NCBI GenBank assembly: GCA_002428935.1
Contig: DIYG01000026.1
Span: 20,946-84,945 of the forward strand
Length of the DNA stretch: 64,000 nt
DNA from: Halieaceae bacterium UBA6060
Lineage (GTDB): Bacteria > Pseudomonadota > Gammaproteobacteria > Pseudomonadales > Halieaceae
Direction: 5' to 3'
The notes under the pieces were generated by a model, which searched no databases, had not been told where the DNA came from, and worked only from the letters and a program-made list of their open reading frames with translations. Positions within the stretch are counted from its first letter, which is position 1, and each line of letters starts with the position of its first letter. The translations under genes and the position numbers were made by a program. Shown here piece by piece: positions 19,108 to 27,468 of the stretch.

Positions 19108-19866
19108 ATGCAATTCTTAAAATCCCTGGAAGTCCGTTTTCGGCGTTGGCGGAATCGCGTCATCGCGCCGAAGCGCTATCAAGGGGATGCGGTTTACTGT
19201 CCGGTCTGTGAAGGGAGCTTTTCCCACTTTCTTCCGGCGGGCACGGGTGCGCGTCGGCGTGAACAAGCCGTGTGCCCCGTGTGCCGAAGTCGCGAGAGAG
19301 ATCGCCTGAGTTGGCTATTTATCCGTGATCGACAGCAGGAACTATTGCAGCGTCATATGCAGTTTCTGCACATCGCCCCAGAACCGCGTTTGGGCGAGTT
19401 CTTCTTCAGCACCATTGGTGAGGGTTACATCACCGCGGATCTAATGCGCAAAGACGTCATGGTGCGCCTGGACGTGCAGGACATGGTCTATCCCAACGAG
19501 ACCATGGACGCTATTTACTGTAGCCACGTACTCCAGGATGTACCCGATGACAAGCAAGCCATCGACGAGTGCTTCCGAGTCTTGCGGCCGGGGGGCTGGG
19601 CGGTGATGAACGTACCCATTTTTGCGGACAGTACCGCGGAAGCCACCACACCGGGGAACGTCCGGGCAAGCTGGGATCGGCGCCCCGATGAACACGTGCG
19701 AGACTACGGTTTGGACTACACCCAGCGACTAGAGGCGGGGGGATTTTCCGTCACGGTCTACAGCGCTGAAGATCTGGTACCCGACCAGTCCCAACGTCAG
19801 CGCATGGGTATCGATGGCCCCCGGACCGGTTACGTGCATTTCGTGCGCAAACCCGAGGCCGCCTAA
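19108..19866 (+). CDS. Class I SAM-dependent methyltransferase with N-terminal CPVC zinc ribbon
   Basis: Two CPVC motifs, LHIAPE, CSHVLQDV, FRVLRPGG and EHVRDYG. Confidence 0.85.
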   Translation: MQFLKSLEVRFRRWRNRVIAPKRYQGDAVYCPVCEGSFSHFLPAGTGARRREQAVCPVCRSRERDRLSWLFIRDRQQELLQRHMQFLHIAPEPRLGEFFFSTIGEGYITADLMRKDVMVRLDVQDMVYPNETMDAIYCSHVLQDVPDDKQAIDECFRVLRPGGWAVMNVPIFADSTAEATTPGNVRASWDRRPDEHVRDYGLDYTQRLEAGGFSVTVYSAEDLVPDQSQRQRMGIDGPRTGYVHFVRKPEAA

Positions 19867-20558
19867 GCCCCAAACTCATAGCCCATAAGGGCGATTTCCT
19901 TGGCAAAGAGCTCTGCGACCCGCTGTCGAGACGCATCGTCGAAATACTCCACGTAGGGCTTGCGCTCCACGGCTACGCCGGTCTTCTCTCGCGGCAGGGG
20001 CTCGGGAAGCTCTAGATCCAGGCGCTGCCGTAATTCCTGAAGGGCAACACCGAGTTCGCGAAATTCAAACACGCGGTCCACCATGGGTTCCTCGCCATCG
20101 AAATACAGCTCGCCGTCTCTGGGCAAACGGTGGGCTTTGCGGGCGAGATAGTCGCCAAAGGGCAGCATAGGCTTTCCCTGACCATGCTTCTTCCACAAAT
20201 AGTAGGAGACGACTTTGTCCCAGGGATTCCGCTCAAAACAGAAGGTGAAATACTCAGACCAGATACCTTCACCGACGAGCTCTCGAATACGCCAGGCTGG
20301 CATATGCTCGTAGTAAAATGCCCCGAGGAGGCTGGAGTGCCGCGGGATCAGCTTTCGCAGCAGCTTGTGACGATTATAGGCCGCTCCCAGGGCCGACGTA
20401 GGTCCGTAGTTACGCGGAATACCGGAGGCAATGTTGTCCTCCATATGGGAGACAATGTCTCCCTCCGCACATTCTCTCGCCAGAGCGACCTCCAGGGAGC
20501 TACCGGCGGTTTTATGGGTTTTGACAAAGATGAACCGGTGTTCATGACTGATGATCAT
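19863..20558 (-). CDS. Sulfotransferase family 2 protein
   Basis: 5'-PSB motif FVKTHKTAGSS and 3'-PB motif RNPWDKVVSYY. Confidence 0.88.
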   Translation of the reverse strand: MIISHEHRFIFVKTHKTAGSSLEVALARECAEGDIVSHMEDNIASGIPRNYGPTSALGAAYNRHKLLRKLIPRHSSLLGAFYYEHMPAWRIRELVGEGIWSEYFTFCFERNPWDKVVSYYLWKKHGQGKPMLPFGDYLARKAHRLPRDGELYFDGEEPMVDRVFEFRELGVALQELRQRLDLELPEPLPREKTGVAVERKPYVEYFDDASRQRVAELFAKEIALMGYEFGA

Positions 20559-21850
20559 AGGTTCTTGGTATCCGCAGTCTCCGTCTCATGAGCTGATGTC
20601 TCGGCCAGGGCAAACAGGTAGAGACCGATAAAAAACCAAAGCATAAGGCTCGACCAGGACGAATACCAAGCGGGATGGGTGTTAATGGGAAACAGCATGC
20701 CCGTTAAGGCTACGCCATAGGGCAAGGCCCGTGATCGCGCGGCGGCGGAAGCCCGTCGCCAGGCCTGCAACAGAACACCGACCAGAAGCGCGTAACCCAG
20801 CAAACCGAATACCCCCGTCTCACTACCCAGATCCAGCATCAACTGATGGGCGTGGGACCCACGGCTACCGGCTGAGCCCGCGAGGGGTTTCGCCCAGTGA
20901 TCGTCGGCACTAGCGTAGTCTGCATAGGCATAACGAAACCCCCTGGGACCAACGCCGTTCAGGGGGTTGTCAGAGAACATGCGTAGGGCCGTTCCCCAGA
21001 TAGGCAAGCGCTTTCCTGAGGCCCGGTTCAGCGTTTCATAGTCGGGATGCTCCACGGCTTCCACCAGAACATCGCTGCGCTGACGCACCCAGTCGCTTCC
21101 GCCATAGGCCACCAGCAGCGCCATGACCGCCGCCAGAGCAAAAGCACTGACCCGTCGCGGTGCCAGATACCCTCGCCCGTGGTAGTAAACGAGCAGGACT
21201 GCCAGCTCTACCGCCGCAACGATCCACGCTGCACGCTTCCCAGAAAGGGCCACCAGGGTCAGCAGTAAAACCACATAGGCCAGGGAAGCGGTTGTCGACC
21301 AGTTTCGCAGCGTTGTTACTACCGCAACGGGCATGAGTAAGGCCAGGGTTAGACCAAACTTGATGTTGTCGTCATCACCGAACAGCCCATTGATATAGCC
21401 CTCGCCAACACCGTACCCCAGGGTATTTCGCCCCGTCACAGCCTGAAGCAGACCATCAAAACACCACAGGCCCAACAACACCGTTACGGCATAAGCGATG
21501 ACTGCGAGTAAACGACGTTGGGTGCGCTCCGCATCGTGACTCAAGGCATACAGCGCCAGCAGCGCCGCACAGGAAAAGGGATAACGCAAACTTCCAATGG
21601 TGCTGAGGCTAGCTTTCTCCAGCGCTACCGCGTCGACAAGGGCAAGGATCATGGGGGTGACGAAAAGCAGGTACAGGACAACCAGCCGCCGCCACGGGGC
21701 TCCTGCAGCAAAAGCGGACGCGCGAGTCAGCAAAACCACGCCCAGGAGCGACAGAAAGCCCATGGGGATCTCAACCATGCGCCCAAAGGGAAGGAGAGCC
21801 AACGCTGCGACAAGCAGCATGGCGACGAGAGTGAGGCGCGGGTTACCCAT
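20555..21850 (-). CDS. O-antigen ligase (WaaL/Wzy_C) family membrane protein
   Basis: About 11-12 TM segments; SGKRAAW, R..IW..ALRMFSDNPLNGVG, HAHQLMLDLGSETGVFG. Confidence 0.85.
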   Translation of the reverse strand: MGNPRLTLVAMLLVAALALLPFGRMVEIPMGFLSLLGVVLLTRASAFAAGAPWRRLVVLYLLFVTPMILALVDAVALEKASLSTIGSLRYPFSCAALLALYALSHDAERTQRRLLAVIAYAVTVLLGLWCFDGLLQAVTGRNTLGYGVGEGYINGLFGDDDNIKFGLTLALLMPVAVVTTLRNWSTTASLAYVVLLLTLVALSGKRAAWIVAAVELAVLLVYYHGRGYLAPRRVSAFALAAVMALLVAYGGSDWVRQRSDVLVEAVEHPDYETLNRASGKRLPIWGTALRMFSDNPLNGVGPRGFRYAYADYASADDHWAKPLAGSAGSRGSHAHQLMLDLGSETGVFGLLGYALLVGVLLQAWRRASAAARSRALPYGVALTGMLFPINTHPAWYSSWSSLMLWFFIGLYLFALAETSAHETETADTKNL

Positions 21851-21983
21851 GCGGTGTTCCAATTCGAGGCCGCGCTACTATGCGACGGGAGACGGCCTTC
21901 GTCAAAATGCCACTAATGCCAACTCGCCATTACCTCCCGGTGCGCTAAAATCCGAGCGCTGTGAAACTCGCCCCCCCGAAAGT

Positions 21984-22601
21984 ATGCTGAAGCTCCGACA
22001 TACCCGCCCCCTGTTCGTTGGCGGCACCCGCTATTGCTTCCAGCATCCGGAACACGCCAATCGCTGCGTCAAGGTTTTGCGCCCGGATCGCACGGGACAG
22101 GCCCGAAAGCTTCTGCGACGGGACTTCAAGCGTCATCTCCCGGCACGCTTTCTGGATGATCAACGGAAAGAAATTGCGGCCTATCGGGAGCTCCTGACCC
22201 GCGCAAGTGAAACCCTGTGGCGCTACGTGCCGCGCTATCACGGCACGGAAGAAACGGACATGGGGATTGGTATCGTCACCCAGCTCATGCGCAATACCGA
22301 CGGCAGTTGGCCGAAGAATCTCCAGCAGCTTCTTCCCCAAGGGATGACCCCGGATCTCGAAGAAGGCATTGATGAGTTCGTCCGCGCGGTACAGGAACTC
22401 CGCATACTCAGTCGGGACCTGCTTCCCCACAACATCATCGCCGTGGAAGAGGAAAACGGCATCCGCGTTATGCTCGTCGATGGCATTGGCAATGCGGAGC
22501 TGATTCCGCTTTCCACCCATCTGGGCTATTTCGCCGATCAGAAAACTCGTCGAAAAATCGCTCGCTTCCATCAGCGTTGCAAGGCGTTATTGCCGGACTA
22601 G
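21984..22601 (+). CDS. YrbL-family kinase-like protein (Kdo/WaaP-related fold)
   Basis: GGTRYCFQHP..RCVKV, ETDMGIG, RDLLPHNI and LVDGIG. Confidence 0.82.
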   Translation: MLKLRHTRPLFVGGTRYCFQHPEHANRCVKVLRPDRTGQARKLLRRDFKRHLPARFLDDQRKEIAAYRELLTRASETLWRYVPRYHGTEETDMGIGIVTQLMRNTDGSWPKNLQQLLPQGMTPDLEEGIDEFVRAVQELRILSRDLLPHNIIAVEEENGIRVMLVDGIGNAELIPLSTHLGYFADQKTRRKIARFHQRCKALLPD

Positions 22602-22671
22602 GCCGAACTAGGTCTGGCTAAGCCTGGCTGGTAGCTTTCCAAGCATGGACCCTTATCGACGATCTCCTCGC

Positions 22672-23649
22672 TCAGGGAGCGCTTGCGCAATGCTCTCCCG
22701 CCCAGTCCAAAATAGCTTCCGTAAGTCTTAGGCGAAGGCCAGAGAAACTGTGGTCGGTGGGTAGCTTGAGGGTACTCAGGTACATCCTAGGCTCCTCAAG
22801 ATAGGCCCTGACCACAGGATCGAACATCTGCGCCGGAGGCGTCGCCTGGTCCCGATCACCGGCGATCATCAGCACAGACTTACCCACTAATCCCGGAGCA
22901 AACCGCTCCGTATCAAGCTGCTCTCGCGGTGTGGTGCGCAGCTCCGCCCCAAGCTTGTTTCCATCAAGACCTCGGAGCATAAACAAGCTATCGGCGTAGG
23001 CTTGGAGGCGTTCAAACAGCAGCCCTCCGTCTTCGGCACCGTCTTTCCACAGAGCGAGATTCGCCGGAGCCAGGGCCATGACGCAGCGTAAAGCGGGATC
23101 TTGAGAACCCGCCGCCAGGGCCGTATACCCGCCCAGGGAGTGACCGAGCAGGGACAGAGCCGTGGGATCGATGCGCAGCGCCCTCAGCTGTTCCTCCGCC
23201 CGCAACCAACGGAGTACCGTTGCCGTGTCCTCGGTCAGATGTGCAATACGGTACTCACCTTCCGCGCCCCAGGCACCGCGATAATGAAAAAACAGGCTAT
23301 TAAAACCTGCGCGGCGTAGGGCCTGAGCCAGGTCGAGATTTCGTTCGTTGCCGGGAAAGCCGTGGAGGAAAACCACCGTCGGGTGCGGCCCTGCACCGGC
23401 CGCGAGATAGATATGCCCCGGTAGACGCGCTCCGTGACTGGGTATGGTCAATTCGACGATGGACGCGGGATGAGCACCATCATCAGGGGGATCTGCCACC
23501 AGTGGCGTCGCCTCAGTCGTCGCCCACACCAGGGGTGACAATAGCGAACCCAATAACAACACCAGGAGTCTGCGAACCGTGAGCACTTGTTTATCCTCCA
23601 CACCATCGATTTGACCGGACCCGAGTTTGCCTGACCCGGGCGCATTCAC
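22672..23649 (-). CDS. Exported alpha/beta hydrolase
   Basis: LHGFPGNE, GHSLGG nucleophile elbow, DHSF; hydrophobic signal region. Confidence 0.85.
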   Translation of the reverse strand: MNAPGSGKLGSGQIDGVEDKQVLTVRRLLVLLLGSLLSPLVWATTEATPLVADPPDDGAHPASIVELTIPSHGARLPGHIYLAAGAGPHPTVVFLHGFPGNERNLDLAQALRRAGFNSLFFHYRGAWGAEGEYRIAHLTEDTATVLRWLRAEEQLRALRIDPTALSLLGHSLGGYTALAAGSQDPALRCVMALAPANLALWKDGAEDGGLLFERLQAYADSLFMLRGLDGNKLGAELRTTPREQLDTERFAPGLVGKSVLMIAGDRDQATPPAQMFDPVVRAYLEEPRMYLSTLKLPTDHSFSGLRLRLTEAILDWAGEHCASAP

Positions 23650-23727
23650 CTACGCAGAGGATGAGTGCAAATTGACCTCCCCCAGCCGCGCGGTTAGTTT
23701 AGCGGGCTTTGTTTCGGAGCAAGAATA

Positions 23728-24912
23728 ATGAGCAAGTCCATCCCCAGAGATAACGCCAATGACTACAACCCCGAGATCGTTGCCGAACGACAGCGCTTTA
23801 TCGAAGAGACCACGGGGGCGACGCTAAATCACACGAAACAGTTCTCCTTCAATCCCGAAGACATGTCGGGGAACATCGAGAGCATTTTTGGCGTTGCTCA
23901 GGTTCCTATCGGCGTCGCCGGTCCGCTGCTGATCAATGGCGAATATGCGCAGGGCGAATTCTACGTGCCCATGGCGACGGTAGAGGGCACCATGCTCGCC
24001 AGCTACAACCGGGGCATGAAGGTCATTCGCGAAGCCGGCGGCGTGACTACGACGGTGGTCGGCCAAGCCATGCAGCGCGCGCCCTGCTTTGTGTTTCACA
24101 ACGCCCGCGACGCCCGTGACTTCGATCGCTGGCTCGTGGAGAACTTCGGCCAGATCAAGGAGGTAGCTGAAAGCACAACTTCCGTGGGCAAGCTCGACGA
24201 AATCGAACACTACTGCGCGCACAATTTTGTCTACACCCGCTTTAACTACTCCACCGGGGATGCCGCCGGGCAAAACATGACCAGTCGCGCTACCTTCGTT
24301 GCCTGCGAATGGATTCAGGAAAACTACCCCACCTTGCGTCACTACCTGCTGTCGGGCAACTTCGATACGGAAAAACGCACCTCCTCGGTCAATCTCCTCA
24401 AGAACCGCGGCAAGCGGGTCACGGCAGAGATCACCATTCCCCGGGAAATCTGTGAGCGAAACCTACGCATAACTCCCGAAGCCATGCACTACGGCCAGGG
24501 CATTACCACCCTCGCCTCCTTCCTGACCAACTCGTCCAACAACGCCGCACACCCGGCAAATGGCCTGGCGGCGCTGTATCTCGCTACGGGTCAGGACATC
24601 GCCAATATCGGCGAGTCCAACCAATGCACGGTATACAACCGGGTCACCCGAGAGGGTGACTACGAGTTCTCCGTAACACTCCCGGCACTTATCGTGGCCA
24701 GCTATGGCGGCGGTACGAGCCTACCTACGCAGCGAGAGTGCCTGGAGATCCTGGGCTGCCATGGCAAAGATAAAGCCTTGAAGCTAGCGGAGATCGCCGC
24801 GGCGCTGGTGGTGGCCGGTGAACTGTCCCTGGGTGCAGCAACGCGAGTTGACAAGGTCACGCGCAAGAACGAATGGGTTGATGCCCATGAGCGGTTAGGC
24901 CGTAATCGCTGA
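23728..24912 (+). CDS. hmgA: Hydroxymethylglutaryl-CoA reductase, class I-like
   Basis: VPIGVAGPL, PMATVEG, TGDAAGQNM, GNFDTEK, ATGQD, YGGGT and C-terminal AHERLGR. Confidence 0.88.
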   Translation: MSKSIPRDNANDYNPEIVAERQRFIEETTGATLNHTKQFSFNPEDMSGNIESIFGVAQVPIGVAGPLLINGEYAQGEFYVPMATVEGTMLASYNRGMKVIREAGGVTTTVVGQAMQRAPCFVFHNARDARDFDRWLVENFGQIKEVAESTTSVGKLDEIEHYCAHNFVYTRFNYSTGDAAGQNMTSRATFVACEWIQENYPTLRHYLLSGNFDTEKRTSSVNLLKNRGKRVTAEITIPREICERNLRITPEAMHYGQGITTLASFLTNSSNNAAHPANGLAALYLATGQDIANIGESNQCTVYNRVTREGDYEFSVTLPALIVASYGGGTSLPTQRECLEILGCHGKDKALKLAEIAAALVVAGELSLGAATRVDKVTRKNEWVDAHERLGRNR

Positions 24913-25010
24913 AACTGTGAGCCACCTCACACTTTACCGCGAGTGAATTGCTAGCCGATTGCGGCACCCGTAGCGTTGATTTCTCTGCCCTTCTCGCTGG
25001 AGTAACGCGT

Positions 25011-25445
25011 ATGACCTGGGCCATAGCGGGTGCCGTTGTAGCCATCGCCCTAGTTCTGTTGCGGCTGACCACTGCGTCAAGCGCAACGGGAACCTCCTCT
25101 CGACGGAAAACGCCGCAGCAGCGTTCCGTAAAATCGTCCACGGCGGCATCCTCTGCCATGGACACTCCCTATTCCGCCGTGTCCATCAAACCCGGCCCGC
25201 GCAGCTGCCAGGCCGCGCGACAGCAGGAAAATGTCCGCTACCTGAAGCGCTTTGCTCCGGAACTCCCACTGCCAACCTGCGGGGAGAGCTCCTGTTCCTG
25301 CGTGTTTACGCAACACAAGGATCGCCGTCGCGAACTGGAGAGCGAGCGACGCATGGGCTTTGGGCTGCAAAGTGAACTCTATGGCGCCTCGGGAGAGAAA
25401 GAGCGCCGCCGGCGACGAGGACGGCGCAGCGGCGATCAGTCCTGA
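25011..25445 (+). CDS. Hypothetical membrane-anchored Cys/Arg-rich protein
   Basis: GGAG RBS, N-terminal TM helix, C..LPLPTC....CSC...H.DRR. Confidence 0.7.
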   Translation: MTWAIAGAVVAIALVLLRLTTASSATGTSSRRKTPQQRSVKSSTAASSAMDTPYSAVSIKPGPRSCQAARQQENVRYLKRFAPELPLPTCGESSCSCVFTQHKDRRRELESERRMGFGLQSELYGASGEKERRRRRGRRSGDQS

Positions 25446-25467
25446 AGACGAGGTAGAGCCAGGTTTC

Positions 25468-26421
25468 TCAATACCCGCGGGTGAAATCCACGAGCCCGTG
25501 TAGAGGCTCACCGCGGCGATAGCGCCCCAGGTTGTCCAGAAACTGGCGAGCGATGGCGTGGGTCTCCGTGGGCGCCGCCGTATGGGATGTCAGATACAAG
25601 CCCGGCAGTGACCACAGCTCACTGCCCTCCTCCAGGGGTTCCTCGGCGAGCACATCGAGCACCAGGGCACTGAGACCGCCAGACTCCAGATGCTGAAGTG
25701 CCGCAGGTAAATCCAAGGCATTGGCCCGCCCAGCGTTCATGACAATCGCGCCAGGGTTCAGCGCGTCGAGAAGCCTGTCATCGGCCAGTCTTGTGGTCTG
25801 CTCCGTCTGAGGAAGCAAGAGCGCAAGCACGTCGAGCCCCCGGGCAAACTCAAAGCGCTGATCCATCCCGTAGCAGCGGCGACAACCCTCTACCGGGTGC
25901 CCATCGCTATTTAGGCCGACGACCTCGTCAAAAAACGGCGCGCAGCGTAGCGCTACTTCCCGACCGATACTGCCCACCCCGGCGATCCCCAGGCGCTTGT
26001 CGCCCACACCTCGATCAGGCCGATCGTCCCAATGGCGCGCCGTCGCGTGGCGGAGAATCGATCGCTCCAGAGCCAAGACCCAACCCAACACATACTCGCT
26101 CATGGCAGCGCCGAACATGCCCTTGGCTGCCGTCAACTGATAGTCTCGGCGAGGGTGGTCGATAAATGGGGTGACGCCCGCCCAGGTGGATTGGACCCAG
26201 CGCAAACGGGGCAACTGCGAGAGCATCGGGGCCAATTGATCCGGTGGTCCCAGTGCTATTTCTGCGTCCTGTTCGGATGGCGTGAGAGGCCGGACCGTAT
26301 CGATGCGGGAGAGGTGGACATCGGATGGCATGGCTTCGGCCAGGGCCGTCTCCAGGGCTGCCGCGCGAGGGCCGACGACAAGCACCGGCGGTGTCACAGG
26401 GCCCGAGCCGAGTGTTGCCAC
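25468..26421 (-). CDS. D-isomer-specific 2-hydroxyacid dehydrogenase (GhrA-like)
   Basis: WAGV, GVGSIG, LLPQT, NAGR, LDV...EP and TSHTA. Confidence 0.9.
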   Translation of the reverse strand: MATLGSGPVTPPVLVVGPRAAALETALAEAMPSDVHLSRIDTVRPLTPSEQDAEIALGPPDQLAPMLSQLPRLRWVQSTWAGVTPFIDHPRRDYQLTAAKGMFGAAMSEYVLGWVLALERSILRHATARHWDDRPDRGVGDKRLGIAGVGSIGREVALRCAPFFDEVVGLNSDGHPVEGCRRCYGMDQRFEFARGLDVLALLLPQTEQTTRLADDRLLDALNPGAIVMNAGRANALDLPAALQHLESGGLSALVLDVLAEEPLEEGSELWSLPGLYLTSHTAAPTETHAIARQFLDNLGRYRRGEPLHGLVDFTRGY

Positions 26422-26493
26422 GGCCCCTCCTGCTGTCGCCTGCTGTGGTCTCCGTACGGCCTTTGCAAAGGTCTAGGGCTTACGATCGAGGGC

Positions 26494-27447
26494 TTACGAC
26501 TGACGAGCTAGGGTCAATGGTGAAACAAAACCCGGTGGCTTCAGAGCGAGCACGGGTGTGCCGCAGCCCGCGAGGATAGACTCCGTGGTCGCGCCGATCA
26601 GCACTCCCGGGTTCGCCGACGTTCCAACGGTTCCCAAAACGAGCATGCCCGCCGCCGTCTCGTCGACCATACGATGGACTACCGGCACTGCCCGCCCTTC
26701 AATTAAGTGAGGCTTGACGCGCAAGGGGTCTGGGGAAATGCTCTCTATACGTTGCACGATACGTTTGAACCACTGTTCGCTGTCCCGCCGCTGTTGGGTG
26801 CGGTACACCTGCAGCTCGGACTCGCTGAGACCCAGTTCCGTATCGCTTAACAGCTCCGCGCCATAGGGATTCCAGGCGTGAACGACATGCAGATCGCCAT
26901 CTCGGGTATCGGCCAGGGCGAGAGCTGATTCAGCCAGGGTGATGGCAAAGGCCTCCGCCGCCGTGGTTTCCGCGGCCAGTTCTCGATCAAGGGCCAAGAC
27001 CACGTTGTTGCTCTGAGTCAAACGCTCCGGATGCAAGGCCCATACGGTACAGGGGCATTTGCGCATAAGGTGCATGCCCGTTGCGTTCAAACCGATACCG
27101 CTGGCCACCTGCACCGGCTCGCTGATGTGCACCACGAGATCGAAATCCTGCTGCACCACCTGCTCCGTGATGGTGACAAAGGGCACGCCCGTAAACACGG
27201 AGTAGTCAATAACCATGTGCTCAGCAAACTGGTCCACGATCCGGCGCAAGCGCTGAAATGCTCGCGACCAACGGAGCTTGCTCAGACGCTCAATGACGCC
27301 CCGGTTATCCTGATGACTGGGTGGGGGTTCAACAATCTCGCATACGGTAATCGCCGATCCGTGGGCCGCCGCGACGGCAACCACTTGAGCTAGACACTCG
27401 GCATCGTCGATCTCAGCGTAGACAAGAATGTCCCGAAACTGCTTCAA
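26494..27447 (-). CDS. Tandem-domain universal stress protein (UspE-like)
   Basis: HLMRKCPCTVW, VHAW, LVLGTVG...GVLIGATTESIL. Confidence 0.9.
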   Translation of the reverse strand: MKQFRDILVYAEIDDAECLAQVVAVAAAHGSAITVCEIVEPPPSHQDNRGVIERLSKLRWSRAFQRLRRIVDQFAEHMVIDYSVFTGVPFVTITEQVVQQDFDLVVHISEPVQVASGIGLNATGMHLMRKCPCTVWALHPERLTQSNNVVLALDRELAAETTAAEAFAITLAESALALADTRDGDLHVVHAWNPYGAELLSDTELGLSESELQVYRTQQRRDSEQWFKRIVQRIESISPDPLRVKPHLIEGRAVPVVHRMVDETAAGMLVLGTVGTSANPGVLIGATTESILAGCGTPVLALKPPGFVSPLTLARQS

Positions 27448-27468
27448 GGTAGTGCTCCACCGATAACC

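Noticed and set aside
21597-21983. N-terminal extension of the YrbL ORF
   Set aside because: It overlaps the O-antigen ligase on the opposite strand. The recognisable domain starts at ATG 21984.
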